Below are positions 1 to 14,600 of a DNA stretch of 64,000 bases, in pieces. The stretch spans positions 128,650,906 to 128,714,905 of the forward strand of contig NC_068982.1 of assembly GCF_001194135.2 (NCBI RefSeq), written 5' to 3'. Position numbers and translations under genes: made by a program. Position 1 is the first letter of the stretch. Each line of letters begins with the position of its first letter. Below the pieces are notes generated by a model. The model saw only the letters and a program-made list of their open reading frames with translations, made no database searches and was not told the DNA's origin. This stretch comes from Octopus bimaculoides (taxonomy: Eukaryota).

Positions 1-23
1 ATATATATATGTATATATATATA

Positions 24-68
<45 letters not shown>
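1..68. repeat. (TA)n/(TG)n microsatellite
   Basis: Direct dinucleotide runs. Confidence 0.95.
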
Positions 69-70
<2 letters not shown>

Positions 71-774
71 GCAGTAAGTTATTTAAGATTAGCTTCATAA
101 ATATATTTACAATTTTTCATTCTATATATACTGATGTCAGAGAAGAAAAAATAATATCAGAAGTTTGAACACTTGTTTATGGAATTGAATTATTATAATG
201 TTTCAAAGAACTATTGTTGAGTAGTTAAAGAATTGTTGAAGGGTTCTGTGAAAAATAAATGTAGATATTTTTGTAAGGAAGGAAAAAGAAAACAAAATTG
301 AAAGAAAAATCAATCCACAGCAATCTGATATCACATCAATCTGTGATTATTATCAAAACATTATCCAATTTAAGAGGGAAATTTGTTAAAGAATATTTTT
401 AATTGAACTCTAAAATATCTATAATACTAAATATTAAGAGAGTGTGATATGTAAAGATATTTCTGACAACCATCTAAATATTCTTTGAGTAATAAGCTAT
501 TTATTAAAAATGTAAAATAAGAACATAATTATCGTTAAGAATATGTCAATTTCTCATTTATAAACTTTGAAGATTTTAAACATGTAATTTTGCTGAGTGA
601 ACTTCACTAATTTAGTAGAGAAATATTGCATTTGCTTAACAAAATATAATAGAAACAAGAATTTTTTAAAAACTGTCTGAATGAAATTAATAAGTATAGC
701 CATCCATCATTTGCGAGTGAATATGGATTGGTAACATGCACCATGTTTTTACTAATTGTTTTAGATGTAGATAC

Positions 775-975
775 AGGCACCCAGTTGAACTCCCTCACAG
801 TTGACCTTGCAGAGAATTCAGGTTGTGAGAGAGCTGCATTAGCACCCAGTGGAATAGACTAGAGCAGCATGAAATAAAGTCCCTTGCCCAAGGACACAAC
901 GTCGTATCTAGTCTAGGAACTGAACCCACAAACTTATGATCACAAACGAAAAATATTAACTAGTAGGCCATGTGC
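775..975 (-). mobile_element. Degenerate tRNA-derived SINE (Octopus-type)
   Basis: cttgcccaaggacacaac...gaactgaaccc...actagtaggccatgtgc matches the reverse-complemented head shared with other SINE copies in the window; boundaries approximate. Confidence 0.6.
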
Positions 976-1715
976 TTTATTTATATTGAAAAAGTTATTT
1001 TAGCAAGTATGTTTTTGGTTTGTTTAAAAGATTTTGATAGCTATGAAAGTTTAATTTAAACTTATGTGGAAACTAAAAAATTTTAAATTAATTATAAATA
1101 AAATATTTTTGAACAATTTTCTTGAAGATTTTATACAAAGTATTGAAGTATTAAAATAAGCCTTGTGTATACAAGGACAGAAATAACATTACATTTTCAA
1201 AATATTTTCCTTCTAATATTCTGGAATTTTTGAAATATTAGATTAGATAACAGAACATATTTGTATAAATATTAAATATATATGTTGAAATATAGAAATT
1301 ATTCTTAACAAATCATCTCTTAGATTGGATATTTTTTGAGAATAATACAAGATAGGTAGCACACAGAAAGGATAATAGGATAATAGAGAAACATATTCAA
1401 GGTAGAACACAATAGATATAGAAATTCATAGAAATTCATGCATCTGAAAAGAAAGAGATAAGAGGAGAAAGTTTAGAGAAGTACAGTTTCACATCATGCA
1501 GAATGACTCTGCAATATTCAAAATCACATAATAATGCATTTTTTCAAAACAAATGTTTATGTGCTAAACAAATTGTGTACAATTCGTGGGATTCTCATGC
1601 AAAAGGTTTCAATTCAACACCAATGTAGGTCACACTCAGGGATCATTGGTAAATATGGAATGGATTTAGAAAGGTATCAACCTGGACCATTTTGCAAGCA
1701 GCAGTGAGAGTTATG

Positions 1716-2314
1716 TTACCTGCTTCGGTGGCCCTGACGTTGTTGGGTAAACTGACTAGAGGCATTTACTTGATGTTGCCTCTGTTGCACACGGTGCATG
1801 TCGTAGCTCCGTGATGCTTGGTGGCTTCGGGATTCTTGGTGTTCGACCTCTGACAACTGAGATTCACGGTATGAGGTTGCATAATCAGAATACCTTATTT
1901 GGTATACATCCATGGATGATGATGTGTCAGTTTCCAGATTTGGCATGTAATGATAATTTCGAACTTGTGTTACTGGATAAATATTCTCATAATATGGCTG
2001 ACGAGTGAGACGGAGAGATGTCTCATAATCAGCGAGATAAGATGATTCATGATCAGAGAATATTGTAGAATAATCATAATAATGTAGATTATGGGCATGA
2101 TGCTGACTTATATCCAGCTCATGTTGATGTGTTGTTTCATAAAGCTCTCTATAATATTGGCTGTCATGAGATTGGTCCAACTGTTCTTGAGTTGAGTGGT
2201 AGGGTAATGGTATTATAGGTCTATGTGTTTGCTGTTCTGATCCTTCATATGTGTAGTCCTGAGAAACCGATAACATTTGGTGACCACGGAACAATTGTAA
2301 AGCCATCTGGCTCT
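1716..2314 (-). CDS. Probable terminal exon: ~200-aa Tyr/His/Ser/Gln-rich low-complexity tail, stop TAA at 1716-1718
   Basis: Acceptor ttcttattcttcag|AG at 2315/2314 is in phase 1 and joins FN70 (..KASA-G) in frame: [12 protein letters not shown]...GHRSR*. 199 open codons, GC visibly above intron background. Confidence 0.72.
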
Positions 2315-2795
2315 CTGAAGAATAAGAATAGTCAAAAATGGTGTGAAATTTTAAGGCTCACCGTGGTTGGTCTATGGATTGCCAAAGTGAGTAATCTATA
2401 CAAAAGTTGTTTCTTGTAAAAAATCATTTAAAATTTATGTAGAAATTAAAAATATTTAAACAATGAGATATACAATTTAACATTTAAGATAAGTAAAATT
2501 AACATAGATATGTATACATGCACACACACATATATGAAGGTTGCTGAAAAGTTCCTGGCTTAAAGAGTACTGCAATAGGCCTGGTTGGAGGCCCAGCCTT
2601 CTGATCTCTTTTACAGGGCTTAGAAAAACTGAAGGACCACTGTAATAAGTGTGTAAATCTGAGAGGGGAATATGTTGAATAAAATCATAATTAACTGGTC
2701 CTTCTATATTTTCTTTACCCAAAGCCAGGAACTTTTCAGCACTTTCCTTGTGCGCGTGTGTGTGTGTGTGTATGTATATATNNNNNNNNNNNNNN

Positions 2796-2837
<42 letters not shown>

Positions 2838-5352
2838 TGTGTTGGTATGTGTTCTTTACTTTAGCCCTCAACTCTTGATGTAGTCACAGGGGAACCATCA
2901 TAAAATAGATCACGTCTTAAACATTTTACACTTGACAGAGCCCATCCTTTTCTGGTTTTGACTACAGACAATTTATTCCAGAAGGAAAGTGCATGAAGGA
3001 GGGAGGGAGAGAGAGAGAGGGGAAAGAGGAGGAAGAAAGAGAAGAGGAGGTTCTTTATGGACCCTGAAAGGATGAGTTTTTAAGGCTAATTTTGTGTATT
3101 TCAATAGGTAGATATCCCTGTTGTGTTAAGATGATGCCTGTCTCCTCTCCAAGAAAGATTAGCCATTGAGATTTCTGTGTTAGAAACTCTTCCACCTTTT
3201 GACAGGTTTTGTTTCTAAACCTGCTGGGTGCCCATGCATTCTTCTCACCAAGTAAACAAAGTGGGGATCAGTTTATCACCAGCCATCCAAATATGAGACA
3301 GGTTAAACTGGAAATAAGGTTTGAGAAATAAATTTTCCACACTGTTCAAATGAGAAGTTCAAATGTCATTCAACTGATAATGTAGCATATAGTGAGCATT
3401 ATAATTGCTTCAAACAAATATTATTCAAAGTATAACAGCATGGAAGATCTAATGGCATCATTTCTGCTAGCAGCTTAAAGATAAGGAAGCACTGGTGATG
3501 GTTTATGGTATAATAAACTGAAGTGTTATACTAATAGCAGAATAAGCATTGAAATAGTGGAAAAATAAACGAAAAAAAAATGCAGGTTAAAAAACTGTGA
3601 GGATTACATATATTCCAACAAAATAATGAAATCAAAATAGAACAAATAAAAGTGGTGGCTGAAGATTTGAAGCAATATTTGCTATTTGCAAGCAAGAGGC
3701 ATATCATAACTAAGCAATAAGAAAATGTGTAAATTAAAATAAACATGTGAAGGGCCTACCAAGAAAGAAGCCAACTAAACTGATTTAGAAGATTTAGAAC
3801 AGACAAATAGTGAAAGCTGAGGAAATAGAGGCTAAACCCTAAACAGTGAGTATTTGCATGGAATAATGGAATAAATTTAAATGATGATGAAGAATATTTT
3901 TGAGTTTTTAACAATGCATTGAAGCACCTTATAAAAGTTAGCATACATATTAAAATCTAAAGAAATGGCATGTTCAAAACAAGCAATATTCATTAAATAT
4001 ATATCAATTAATGAATGACAAAAGAGTAGCAGTTTGGCTCTGGGGAAGCTCTAAGATGTTGCATGAATACTCAGTGCTGGGTGCTTGTTTGCTTAAAACA
4101 GAAACAGCTTTAAGCTGATCAAAGTGATTAAATAACTCCTGTTCTTAAGTCATTCATTAATTGATATTATACATTGTACTGATATGACTGTTTACTACTG
4201 TAAAGCATGAGTATATTGAGTTCTAACAACTGCCTAAGCAGAATTATCATATATGTGTATAGATATCATCATCATCATCATTTAATGTCCATTTTCCATG
4301 CTATCATGGGTTGGAAGGTTTGACAGGAGCTGGCTAAGCAGAAGACTGCATCAGGCTTCACTGTCTGTTTTCGCAGGGTGTTTTATGGCTGGATGCCCTT
4401 CCTAGATCTAAAAATGAATATTAAACATGACCAAGTTACATTTTTTAATATTCTAAGTACATGGGAAATGAATGTAATTGCTGAAAAGGTGTAAATAGAA
4501 ATAAAATGCAAGCTTTTAGATTAATGAAATATAAATAAATGATTTACCTGCTGATGCTTTGGGAAGAACAATAATCTCTGTTTCCAATGGAAGACTAAGT
4601 CCAACTTCGTTAAAAGCCATGACTCTAAATTGGTAAGAATCTCCTGGTACAAGGCTTCTGATATAAGCATCAGTAGAATCAGCAGACACACGAGTACATT
4701 TTCGCCAGGCACCATTTCGTCTATCAAACCTTTCAACAATATAACCGAGTATACGAGCTCCACCATCCATAACAGAAGGTGACCATTCAATAGTAACATT
4801 GTCTTCATTAACATCTTTGACAATTATTGGGCCAATAGGAACTGATGGGCAACCTGGAGGGAAAACAAAAACGAAAATGGTATAAGCATCAGTTTCATTT
4901 TTACTCACTTGCAATATATGTTTAGTTTATTTTACTCAAGTATTAGTTTCATTCATTGGACCGTAGCCATTGGGGATGCACTGCTTTCAAGGATATTAAT
5001 CAATTATGTTAAACTCAGTATTTACACTAGCTTGGAATGAATTTATTTTATTGATTTCTTATTTTTAGATTACTAAGTTGCCCCTTGACATATAAGGACA
5101 TAATACCTTATTTGCATAAGTAAACAGAAACACAGCTATGAGTACTGGCAAACATACACACACGTGGCATAGCTGTGTGGTAAGAAACTTGCTTCCCAGC
5201 AACATGGTTCTGAGTTCAATCTGACTGCATGTTACTTTCGGCAAGTACCTTCTACTATAGCCTCAGGCTGACCAAAGCTTTGTGACTGGGTTTAGTAGGT
5301 GGAAATTGGAAGAAGCCTATTGTGTGTGTGTGTGTGTGTGTGTGTGTCTATG

Positions 5353-5439
<87 letters not shown>

Positions 5440-5444
5440 ATATG

Positions 5445-5478
<34 letters not shown>

Positions 5479-7863
5479 TACATGTGTATGTGTCTATGTG
5501 TATGCATGTTTGTGTCTGTCCCCAACCACTGTTTGACAACCAGTATTGTTTTGTTTATGTCCCAGTTACTTAGCAGTTCAACAATAAGTACTACACTTAA
5601 AAAAATAAGTACTGGGGTAAATTTGTTCAATTAAACTCTTCAAGGTGGTATCACAGCATGGCCACAGTCTAATGACAGAAACAAGAAAAAGATACATGAA
5701 CACACATGTGTGCACGCACACACACAAAAGTTTCTGCATGCACAGTCTCTGCATAAGACTTGCCCAAGGTTCAATACTATGGGATCAAACCTAAAGCCAC
5801 ACAGCTTCTTAATCACACAGCTATATCAAAGTTCTGAATATTTCTTTGAATGAAATTTGATAGGCTATCAATTGCAAGAATATTTAATTCTTTTTATTTG
5901 TCATTCATATAATTGCGAATTTAGTTATCATTTGCTTTCATATTTATATAAACCAATATCAAAATTTCAATTTCAATATAAAACTCATATTTATTGGTTC
6001 TTCAAAATCATGTATATCTTCCTCAAGCTTTATGTACTGCAGATTAGTTAACTACTGAAAATATTGAAAAAAATATATATACAATTGAAGAGAAAGATTC
6101 TATGTTAAACAAACCTGGGGCCTTCTTAGGTACAACTGTTTGAGGTAATTCTTTGTAGTCTCCCCAACCAGCAACATTCTTTGCTCTGATTCTGTAATAT
6201 GTTTCAACATTTTCATAGAGGTCTCGGACTGTAAATGAATGTACAGCAGCATCCAGTGTAACAATTTCAGTCCAGTCAGAACCTGCCCAACTCTGTTCAA
6301 TTGCATAGGCAGTAATTGGAGATCCACCATCATTAATTGGTTTTCTCCAGTAAAGGGAAACAGACCATTGAGTAATTTGTCCAATATCAAGATCTTCAGG
6401 TACTCCAGGAAGTTCTATTGACAAAAAGCAAAGTTATTATTAGAAATTTACTTTAATATTTTAATGGCATTTTTATATGAAGGCATTTTATTTAAGACTT
6501 TGAAAATTAGTTGAACATTTTAAATCTTTGAATTCTATTTTACTCAGGTGGTCCTTCCTAACCATTCGATGTTTAAAAAAATTGTATATTTTTATAAATA
6601 AATATTATTAAGAATTGTATACAAAATAATTGTTTCAAATATTTTGTGCATTGTTAAAGTATAACCAATTTATTGCAGATGAATTCTAACAATAAAATCG
6701 TATATGGACCCTCAAGGGTCATATGGACCATGGCTGAGAACTGCTGCTGAGAACTGTGTACTTCTACCAATGCTTATAATTGAAATATTTATAATCATGT
6801 TTCTTATAAAACTTTGTCAAATCTAAAATGTACAGACTGATGAAATATGTTTAATTTATGAATTACAAAATTAATTCTATCAAGGAGTTTAAATCCATTT
6901 AAATATTTTGAAAAAAAGGTTGTAAAATTTATAAATAAAAAAATAAAATCTTACCAATTGGTCTACGTGGCATAACTGGACAGGCAAGCCATACAGCATT
7001 ACCAATGCCTTCAACATTTTCTGCTGCCACTCTGAATCTATATTGACGGCCTTCTTGTAAACCATCAACAATATGCATTGTTTGTGTGGTTCTACCAATT
7101 GCTCTCCAATTTGTTGAACTACCATCACATCTTTCAATCACATAGCCATACAAGTCTGTACCACCAAAATCAAGAGGTCGTGTCCATTCCAGTGTGACAC
7201 TATCTTCAGTTACTTCTGTTACATGTAAGTTCTGTGGTGCTGAAGGTTTATCTGAAAATAGTTTTAAATTATCCAAATTACATATTCATGCATATAAATA
7301 TATTTGTGTGTGTGTGCGTATGGTGTTTAGAAGATATATTAAAACATAAATTTTGATGGAAGGAATTTTAGATCAGTTTAAAACAGGAGGCTTATATCAT
7401 AAATGCTAGAGCAGTTTCAGATAGATTGGTATGAAAAGGGTTAAAGAGCATACTTAAAGCACTGTGGTTTCTCCAAGTAGTCACCAATCTTGACCAAAAT
7501 CAGTGACCAGAGTTTTACAGTCATCACAAAAGCACCTGTGCCAGTGATGCATAAACAGCAACCACTACACTCTTACAGTGGTTGGCATTAGGAAGTGCAT
7601 CCAGCCATAGAAACCAAGCCAAAATCAGACTGAAACCTGGTGCAGCTCTGTGGTATACACACACAAACACATGTGAACATTGAACTGTGTTAAATAAATG
7701 AGCAATTAGTGCTTAATATATAAGAGAGTATATGGGTTTTATTGAAACTCAGTGTTTATCTGTCACCTCCATTTTCATGCCATTACAATCTTCAGATGGT
7801 TTTTACTCAAAGGTCACAGTGGCATGGAACTTGTTTCAATGAACTACATATATACATACATGT

Positions 7864-7907
<44 letters not shown>

Positions 7908-10900
7908 GTAATGTGGAGGAAGCTTGTTATGTAGAAATAACGATGTGACTTGCTCTTTTTAGCTATTAGTAAATAAATTTTTATTCATATATTAAAAAAT
8001 GGAAATAAACTAGAAATTTATAAAGTCAGATTTGTGAATGGATAAGTATATGAGGTATTGATGTCGATAAATAATATAAAAGAATAACTTACTATATGGG
8101 CTCTTTATTTTCACAGGGGACCTCAATTCCAAAGGCTCACTGTATCCAATTTCATTATGAGCATAAACTCTGAAATTGTAGCTATGGTTTTCAGCTAAAT
8201 CATGCAGAGTGCAATTTGTATCTTCTGCAGGAACATATGCAGCTCTAACCCAAAAGCCCCATATGAGATCTAATTTTTCTATCAGATATCCAACAATTGG
8301 ACAACCACCATCATCACTGGGACGTTTCCAGGATAGTGTCAAGGAATTACGAGTTATATCAGAAACATTAAGTGGTCCAAGTGGAATCGAAGGAGTTTCT
8401 GAAAATAGAAAATTTAATGAGATTTTAAAGAACAGTTTTTTTTTTATTTTAAAGAATAGTTTTAAAGAATAGATTTTAAAGAATAGGTGAAATACATAAT
8501 TGAAATATCTGATTTATTTTGACTGGGTAAATATTTTAATTTTTACTAAATTGCTGATTGTTTTATATCTTTTACAATTATTGTTTTTGATTTTACAAAT
8601 TCATCATGACCATAGGTCTGCACTTCAAAACTGAATTAAAATTAAGAAAAAAGTTAATTACATTTGTTAAAATTAGTTATGAATCTTTTATTATACCTGA
8701 TTGTCTGGTTGGAATTACTGGTTTTTCTGTAGGCAGCGGTCTGCTAGCACCAATGGCATTAACAGCACTCACTCTGAAATCATATTCCATTCCTTCAAAA
8801 AGACCACGTATGAGGCATGATGTATCTAGTGTTCTAGTAACCTCTAACCACTTATCTGAATCAGATTCTTTGATTTCCAGGATATAATACAATAATCTTG
8901 AACCACCATCATAATATGGAGGCAACCAGTCCATTGTAACAGAAGATTCTGTTACATGACAAGGCTGAAGAGAACCTGAAGGAATATCTGGTTTTTCTGA
9001 AAAGAGAAAAGAAAATCATATTTTCATTCGATGGAAACCAGAAATTTAAACAAACAATGAAAAACAATATCAAAATATTTAAATTAATCCTTCATTAGAA
9101 TTAATGTTTTTATCCAAAACATTCATATATTGCATGGAATTTCAAAAGAATTCTAAAAGAAAATTGTTATGAAACTTTACTATGATTAGCATAATATTTG
9201 TTGAGTGTTATACATACCAGGAGGCTTTTCACAGCTGATAATATCAGACTGTGCAAAAGGTCCTTCTCCTTCCTCATTCGTTGCTGAGATTCTGAATTGA
9301 TAATTTCGTCCTTCCAAAAGTTTCTTGAGAGTGTAATCTCTTAATCCTGGTTTCACATCAGTAACATGGACCCATATCATACGAGTCATATCTCGTTTCT
9401 CAATAGAATAGGCATTTATAGCTTTTCCTCCATCACTCTTTGGTGCAGACCATTTCAGAGTAACAAAGTCAGCACCGACTTCACTTACATCCAGATCTCG
9501 AGGAGCAGATGGTTTACCTGTAAGACAAGATGTCAAAGAATGTGCAATGTAAGCAACATAAAAGACTATAACAAAATAATGATATGAATACTATATACAT
9601 ATATTAATTCAAAAGCATATTATCAATGCAAAAAGATACTCTTTTGTTTCAGGCATTTGACGGTGGCCATGCTGGAGCACCACCTTTATTCGAACAAATT
9701 GACCCCCAGGACTTGTTCTTTGTAAGCCTAGTACTTATTCTATCGGTATCTTTTGTCAAACCACTAAGTTACAGGTACATAAACACACCAACATTGGTTG
9801 TCAAGCGAATGGTTAGGGGACAAACACAGACACACAAATATATACATACGATGGGCTTCTTTCAGTTTCCGTCTACCAAATCCACTCACAAGGCTTTGGT
9901 TGGCCTGAACCTATAGTAGAAGACACTTGCCCAAGGTGCCACACAGTGGGACTGAACCCAGAACCATGTGGTTGGTAAGCAAGCTACTTACCACACAGCC
10001 ACTCTTATGTATTTATAATAAATTATATTTATAGCTTTCCTTAAGCAAAATTACATCATCATTATCATCATTATTTTATGTCCACCTTTTGAAGCTGGCA
10101 TGGGCTGATTCAAACTGTTTATCAGCAAGAACTTACCGTAAGGACTTCTGACCAAGAATGGTTCGGTAGTCATCAATGGTTCAGACAGCCCAGCACTGTT
10201 TTCAGCAAACACTCGTGCATGATATTCACAGTCTTCAGAGAGGAAAGTTAATTCACACGATGTAGTATTTGCAGGAACTCTTTCACCCATTGCCCATGAA
10301 GACTTCCAAGTCTCTTTCTTTTCAGTGATATAACTTATGATTGGTGATCCACCATCATTTTCACTAAGCTTCCATGATATCACAGCCGATGATTTTGTTA
10401 TGTTATTTACAGATAATGGTCCAACAGGTCTTGATGGAGCATCTGAAAATACATGTACATAAATTTAAATACTTGCAAAAGTGTATTATAAAATATGAAG
10501 TATCATTTCAAATTAACATTACCAAAAATAAATCTAAGTTTTTAAAATTTAATTTAACTTAAAAAGATGCAGGAAGGTTGAGACTGATCTGCATTGATCA
10601 TTCCCAACCCCAGGACAAAAGTATCTGTTTTTGCTATACAAGGCTTATTTGCAGTTAAAGAAAGGTCTGGAACAAGCAAACTCAAAGACTATTTTGGTAA
10701 CACAATAGTGCAGTGCTAACAATGATAATTTTCAGAAATCTCCAAAAACCAAAACCTTAAAAATCTTAATCCTCCATAGGAGGATCATCTTTCTATGATT
10801 AAATTGAATTTTCTACTGCAAACGTCATTAGATATATAAAATCTAAATTATATGGCTCCCTTCAAAATTGTGAACTAACAAACTTATTATGTCTCCTATA

Positions 10901-11632
10901 TTATTATAGAATTTAACATGACATAATCAGAATTGGAAACTTATATTTTAAATACTGAAAATTTCTACAGAATATAACTTAAAATATAAGTACTTAACTT
11001 TAAATGAATAACAAAAAATAAAATAAATAAAATAAAAATGAATGTAGGAAATACAAAAGTAAGCTTACATATTTTCTTCTCAGGAGTAATAGCGTTTGGA
11101 ACAGGTACAATTTTACTTGAACCAACTTCGTTTTCAGCTGCAACTCCAAACAAGTAAAGTTTGTCACTGCGTAATTTTTTGGCAGTATACATATTGACAA
11201 AGGAGTCCACTGAGTCTATTTTTGCCCAGTTGCCATCTTGGCAGAGGTAAATGTTATAACATTTTATGCTGTCACCACCGTCAAATCTAGGTTCTCTCCA
11301 TTCAATAGTGCAATTATCGCATCCAACAGACACGATTTTAACACCTACTGGAGATGAAGGCAATTCTGGAAGAAGAAAAAGAAAGCAAGATACTCAGAAA
11401 TAATAATATACATATTCAAAACAAAATAGAAAACATTTCATTTGTTTATTATGCTTTTAATACATATTAGTTCTTAAGGACTCAGGAGAAGAAATGAAAT
11501 AAGAAAATGTTCTGTTTTATTTTCAACAGCTTTTGGAAATAAAAGATTCTACATTGATGATTCTATGGTTTTTAAGCTATTCCTTTAAGTGTATGATTAA
11601 AATATGTATGAATGTGTGTGTGTGTGTGTGCT

Positions 11633-11665
<33 letters not shown>

Positions 11666-14600
11666 NNNNNNNNNNCTCTCAATACTCAAGATATCAGCTG
11701 TTCTCAGGACCTGTGTGTCTGGAGTTTTTAAGGTCCAGCCAACATTCAGAATGTGTCTGAGACATTTCTGATGAAAGTGTTCAAGGACCCTTACATGATG
11801 TTTGTAAAGGGTCCGTGTCTCACATGAGTAAAGGAGCGATGTCAGTACACATGCATGGTACACAACAATTTTTATTTGCTATGTGATGCCATCCTGGAGA
11901 AGGACATGAGACTGAAGAGACTTGAAGGAATCAGTTGCTCTCTGCAGCCTGAAAGATATTTCATCATCCAGGGAGCAAGTGTGTTGCCCAGGTAGACAAA
12001 CTTGTCTACCACTTTCAGAATTGTTCCTTCAACCGAGATAGCTGGTTCCACATATGGATTTCCTGGTGCAGGCTGAAGCATTACAGCAGTCTTGTCCAGG
12101 GCTAATGCTGAATCCAAATGCCTTGCAAGAAGCAGAAATATGATTCATAAGTATTTGCATGTCATCTTCTGTATGAGTGACTAAGTTACAGTCATCTACA
12201 TAAAGGAGGTCATGAATAAGAGACTGGAAAACTTTTGAATTGGCAGAAAATCAGCGCAGATTAAAGAGGCAGCCAGAAGATCAATACCTGACATATATTC
12301 CCAGAGAGCTAACTTTAGTAAAAGCATGAGTAAAAGCAGCAGCAAAGTACAAAGAAAAGAGAGTTGGGGAAAGGATGTCACCCTGCTTGACACCATTCTT
12401 TACAGAAATGAGTCCCGCCATGTCACCAACATTGACCCAAGCTTCCATCCCATCATGAAATGATTTAATTATAGTTACAAATTGATCCAGACATCCAGGT
12501 TTGCCAAGTATATATATAGTTAGAGATATATGTATTAAAAACACATTATAATATATTCTTTAAAAACAAAATCTGGAATTAGATAACTTTAAAATTAGTT
12601 TCAAATTCTATTTTATCATTTTGATGAAAATAAAATGTTAAAAAAAATATTTTCTTACCAAGTTTCATCTTTGGACAAGCACTGTCGTATCCTTCAAGAG
12701 CAGGTCCTTCTCCTTCTTTGTTGATGGCTCTAACTCTGAAGAAGTATTCATAGTTCACAACAAGGTTTCTAGCAGTGAATCTGGTAGTGTATGCATCCAC
12801 TGTTCCTGCTCTGCCCCAGAGTTTACGTCTAAGCTCTCGAATTTCAATGGCGTACATTGTAATAGGAGTTCCACCATCATATCTCGGTGGAGCCCATTCT
12901 AAATCAGCAGAGTTCTCAGTGATATGAGATATTTTCAGAGGACCAGTTGGAGCTGATGGAAGTTCTGTAAAAGAAATTATTCTATATTAGTACATAATTC
13001 AAAGTATTCATACAGACATGAAGAATTATATCTGCTCACTAAGTTTAACGTTTTAAAAAAGGTATAGTGGATATGAATTATCACGGTGTGTTATAATTCT
13101 AGCTGTATTTCAATTTCAGACCATGATACTTGGAATTAAGAATTGTTATGCACCACATTTGTTGCACTTTCAATTGCACAGATCTAGTCTTTTATTCAAA
13201 TGAATAATACAAATATAACAAAAAATACACAATGTCTAATCAAAAGGGAATAAGTTATACTAAAATATAATTTACAAGGAGAAAACTACTTAAATGAGAT
13301 AATCCAATATGATGTTGAATTTATAAAAATAACCTACCAAATGGACTCTTGATAATAACAGGCACATCCATGTCTAATGGCGCACTGCATCCAACTCTGT
13401 TCAATGCAAGCACACGGAAGAAGAAAGCATCACCTTCAGAAAGGTTTTTGATGGTAGCAAAAGTATCATCATAGACTCTTTCTGAAAACTGCCACATCAT
13501 CCTGTTTGCTTCACGTTTTTCAATAACATATTCTGTAACAGCACATCCACCATCATCTGTTGGAGGCTTCCATTCAAGAGTGACAGCCTCGTTGGTAATT
13601 TCAACAATGCTGATAGGACCAGATGGAGGATTAGGTTGACCTAATAAATAAAATTGGTTTGTTTATAATTCAAGGTTTAAAAGTAAATACAAATGAGAAA
13701 ATTAATTATATAAGATATATTAAAGTATGAACTTATTGATTTATAGATATAATTTAATATTAAGCTAAATACTTAAGACTAGATAGATTTTAATTCCATA
13801 AACTAAAAAATGAGATCATATAATATTCCAAAATTCTTAAGTTCTGTAGATGCCCAAAATATGTGACTGGATAAATCTAAACCCTTCTGATAGCAACTCA
13901 CCTGGGATAGCTTTTGATTCTATGATACAAAACTTGCTTTTAACTCAGGTATCTGAGTTAAAATCATACATCAAAGTTTCATGTTAATTTATGTTCCAAT
14001 CACTGATTTAATAATGACAGTTATTTTACTAAATTCTCCATTATTTCTTTAAAATTAATTGAAACAAAGGCAGTGTACTTCAATAAAAATGTAGAAACAA
14101 TATTTCTTGATTGAGTGATAGTTAATTATCTGTAGAAAATTAGAAATAAAGAAGATAAAAATAAACTTACACAGGGGCTTTTTAGGAATGAAAATGTCCG
14201 ATTCCAAGTATTTGCTCTGTCCAACTGCATTTATTGCTGTAATACGGAAGTAATATGGCTGATCAGTTTGAAGATCAGGTACTCTGATATACTCAACATC
14301 ACTTATGTCAACTGTTTTCCAGTCAGCAGTATCAGTAGCATATTCAATACGATAATGTTTGATAGAAGCGCCACCATTGTTCTTAGGAGGTAGCCACTCC
14401 AGTGTCACAGACGTTGCTGTAATTGATTTGAAAATAACTGGTCCACCAGGAGCTGAAGGAACAGCTACAAAAAAAAAAAGATAAATGAATAAATAATATG
14501 CAAATAGTAGTAACTAATAGATATGAGATACATTTAATTCTAAAATACTTCTTAAAATTTTTAAACTTTGAGTAATGGAAAACATTCAAATAAAAAAACC

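Noticed and set aside
495-985. Polyadenylation signal for the gene (AATAAA on minus, e.g. 976-981)
   Set aside because: Several such hexamers are expected by chance in ~75% AT DNA; none can be chosen without 3'-end data.
2362-2395. 34-nt micro-exon with gtgagc donor before the terminal exon
   Set aside because: Needs a 47-nt intron and shifts the frame away from the 199-codon tail into a short frame.
1-4547. Twitchin/titin kinase or Ig exons downstream of FN70
   Set aside because: No kinase motifs or Ig-like open stretches were seen on the minus strand. The 14-N gap at 2782-2795 could in principle hide sequence.
5282-5634. ORFs of YI/CV/HT/poly-I/poly-M repeats (also 27836-28114, 29579-29810, 43723-43991, 48221-48469)
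   Set aside because: Translations of microsatellites and SINE tails.
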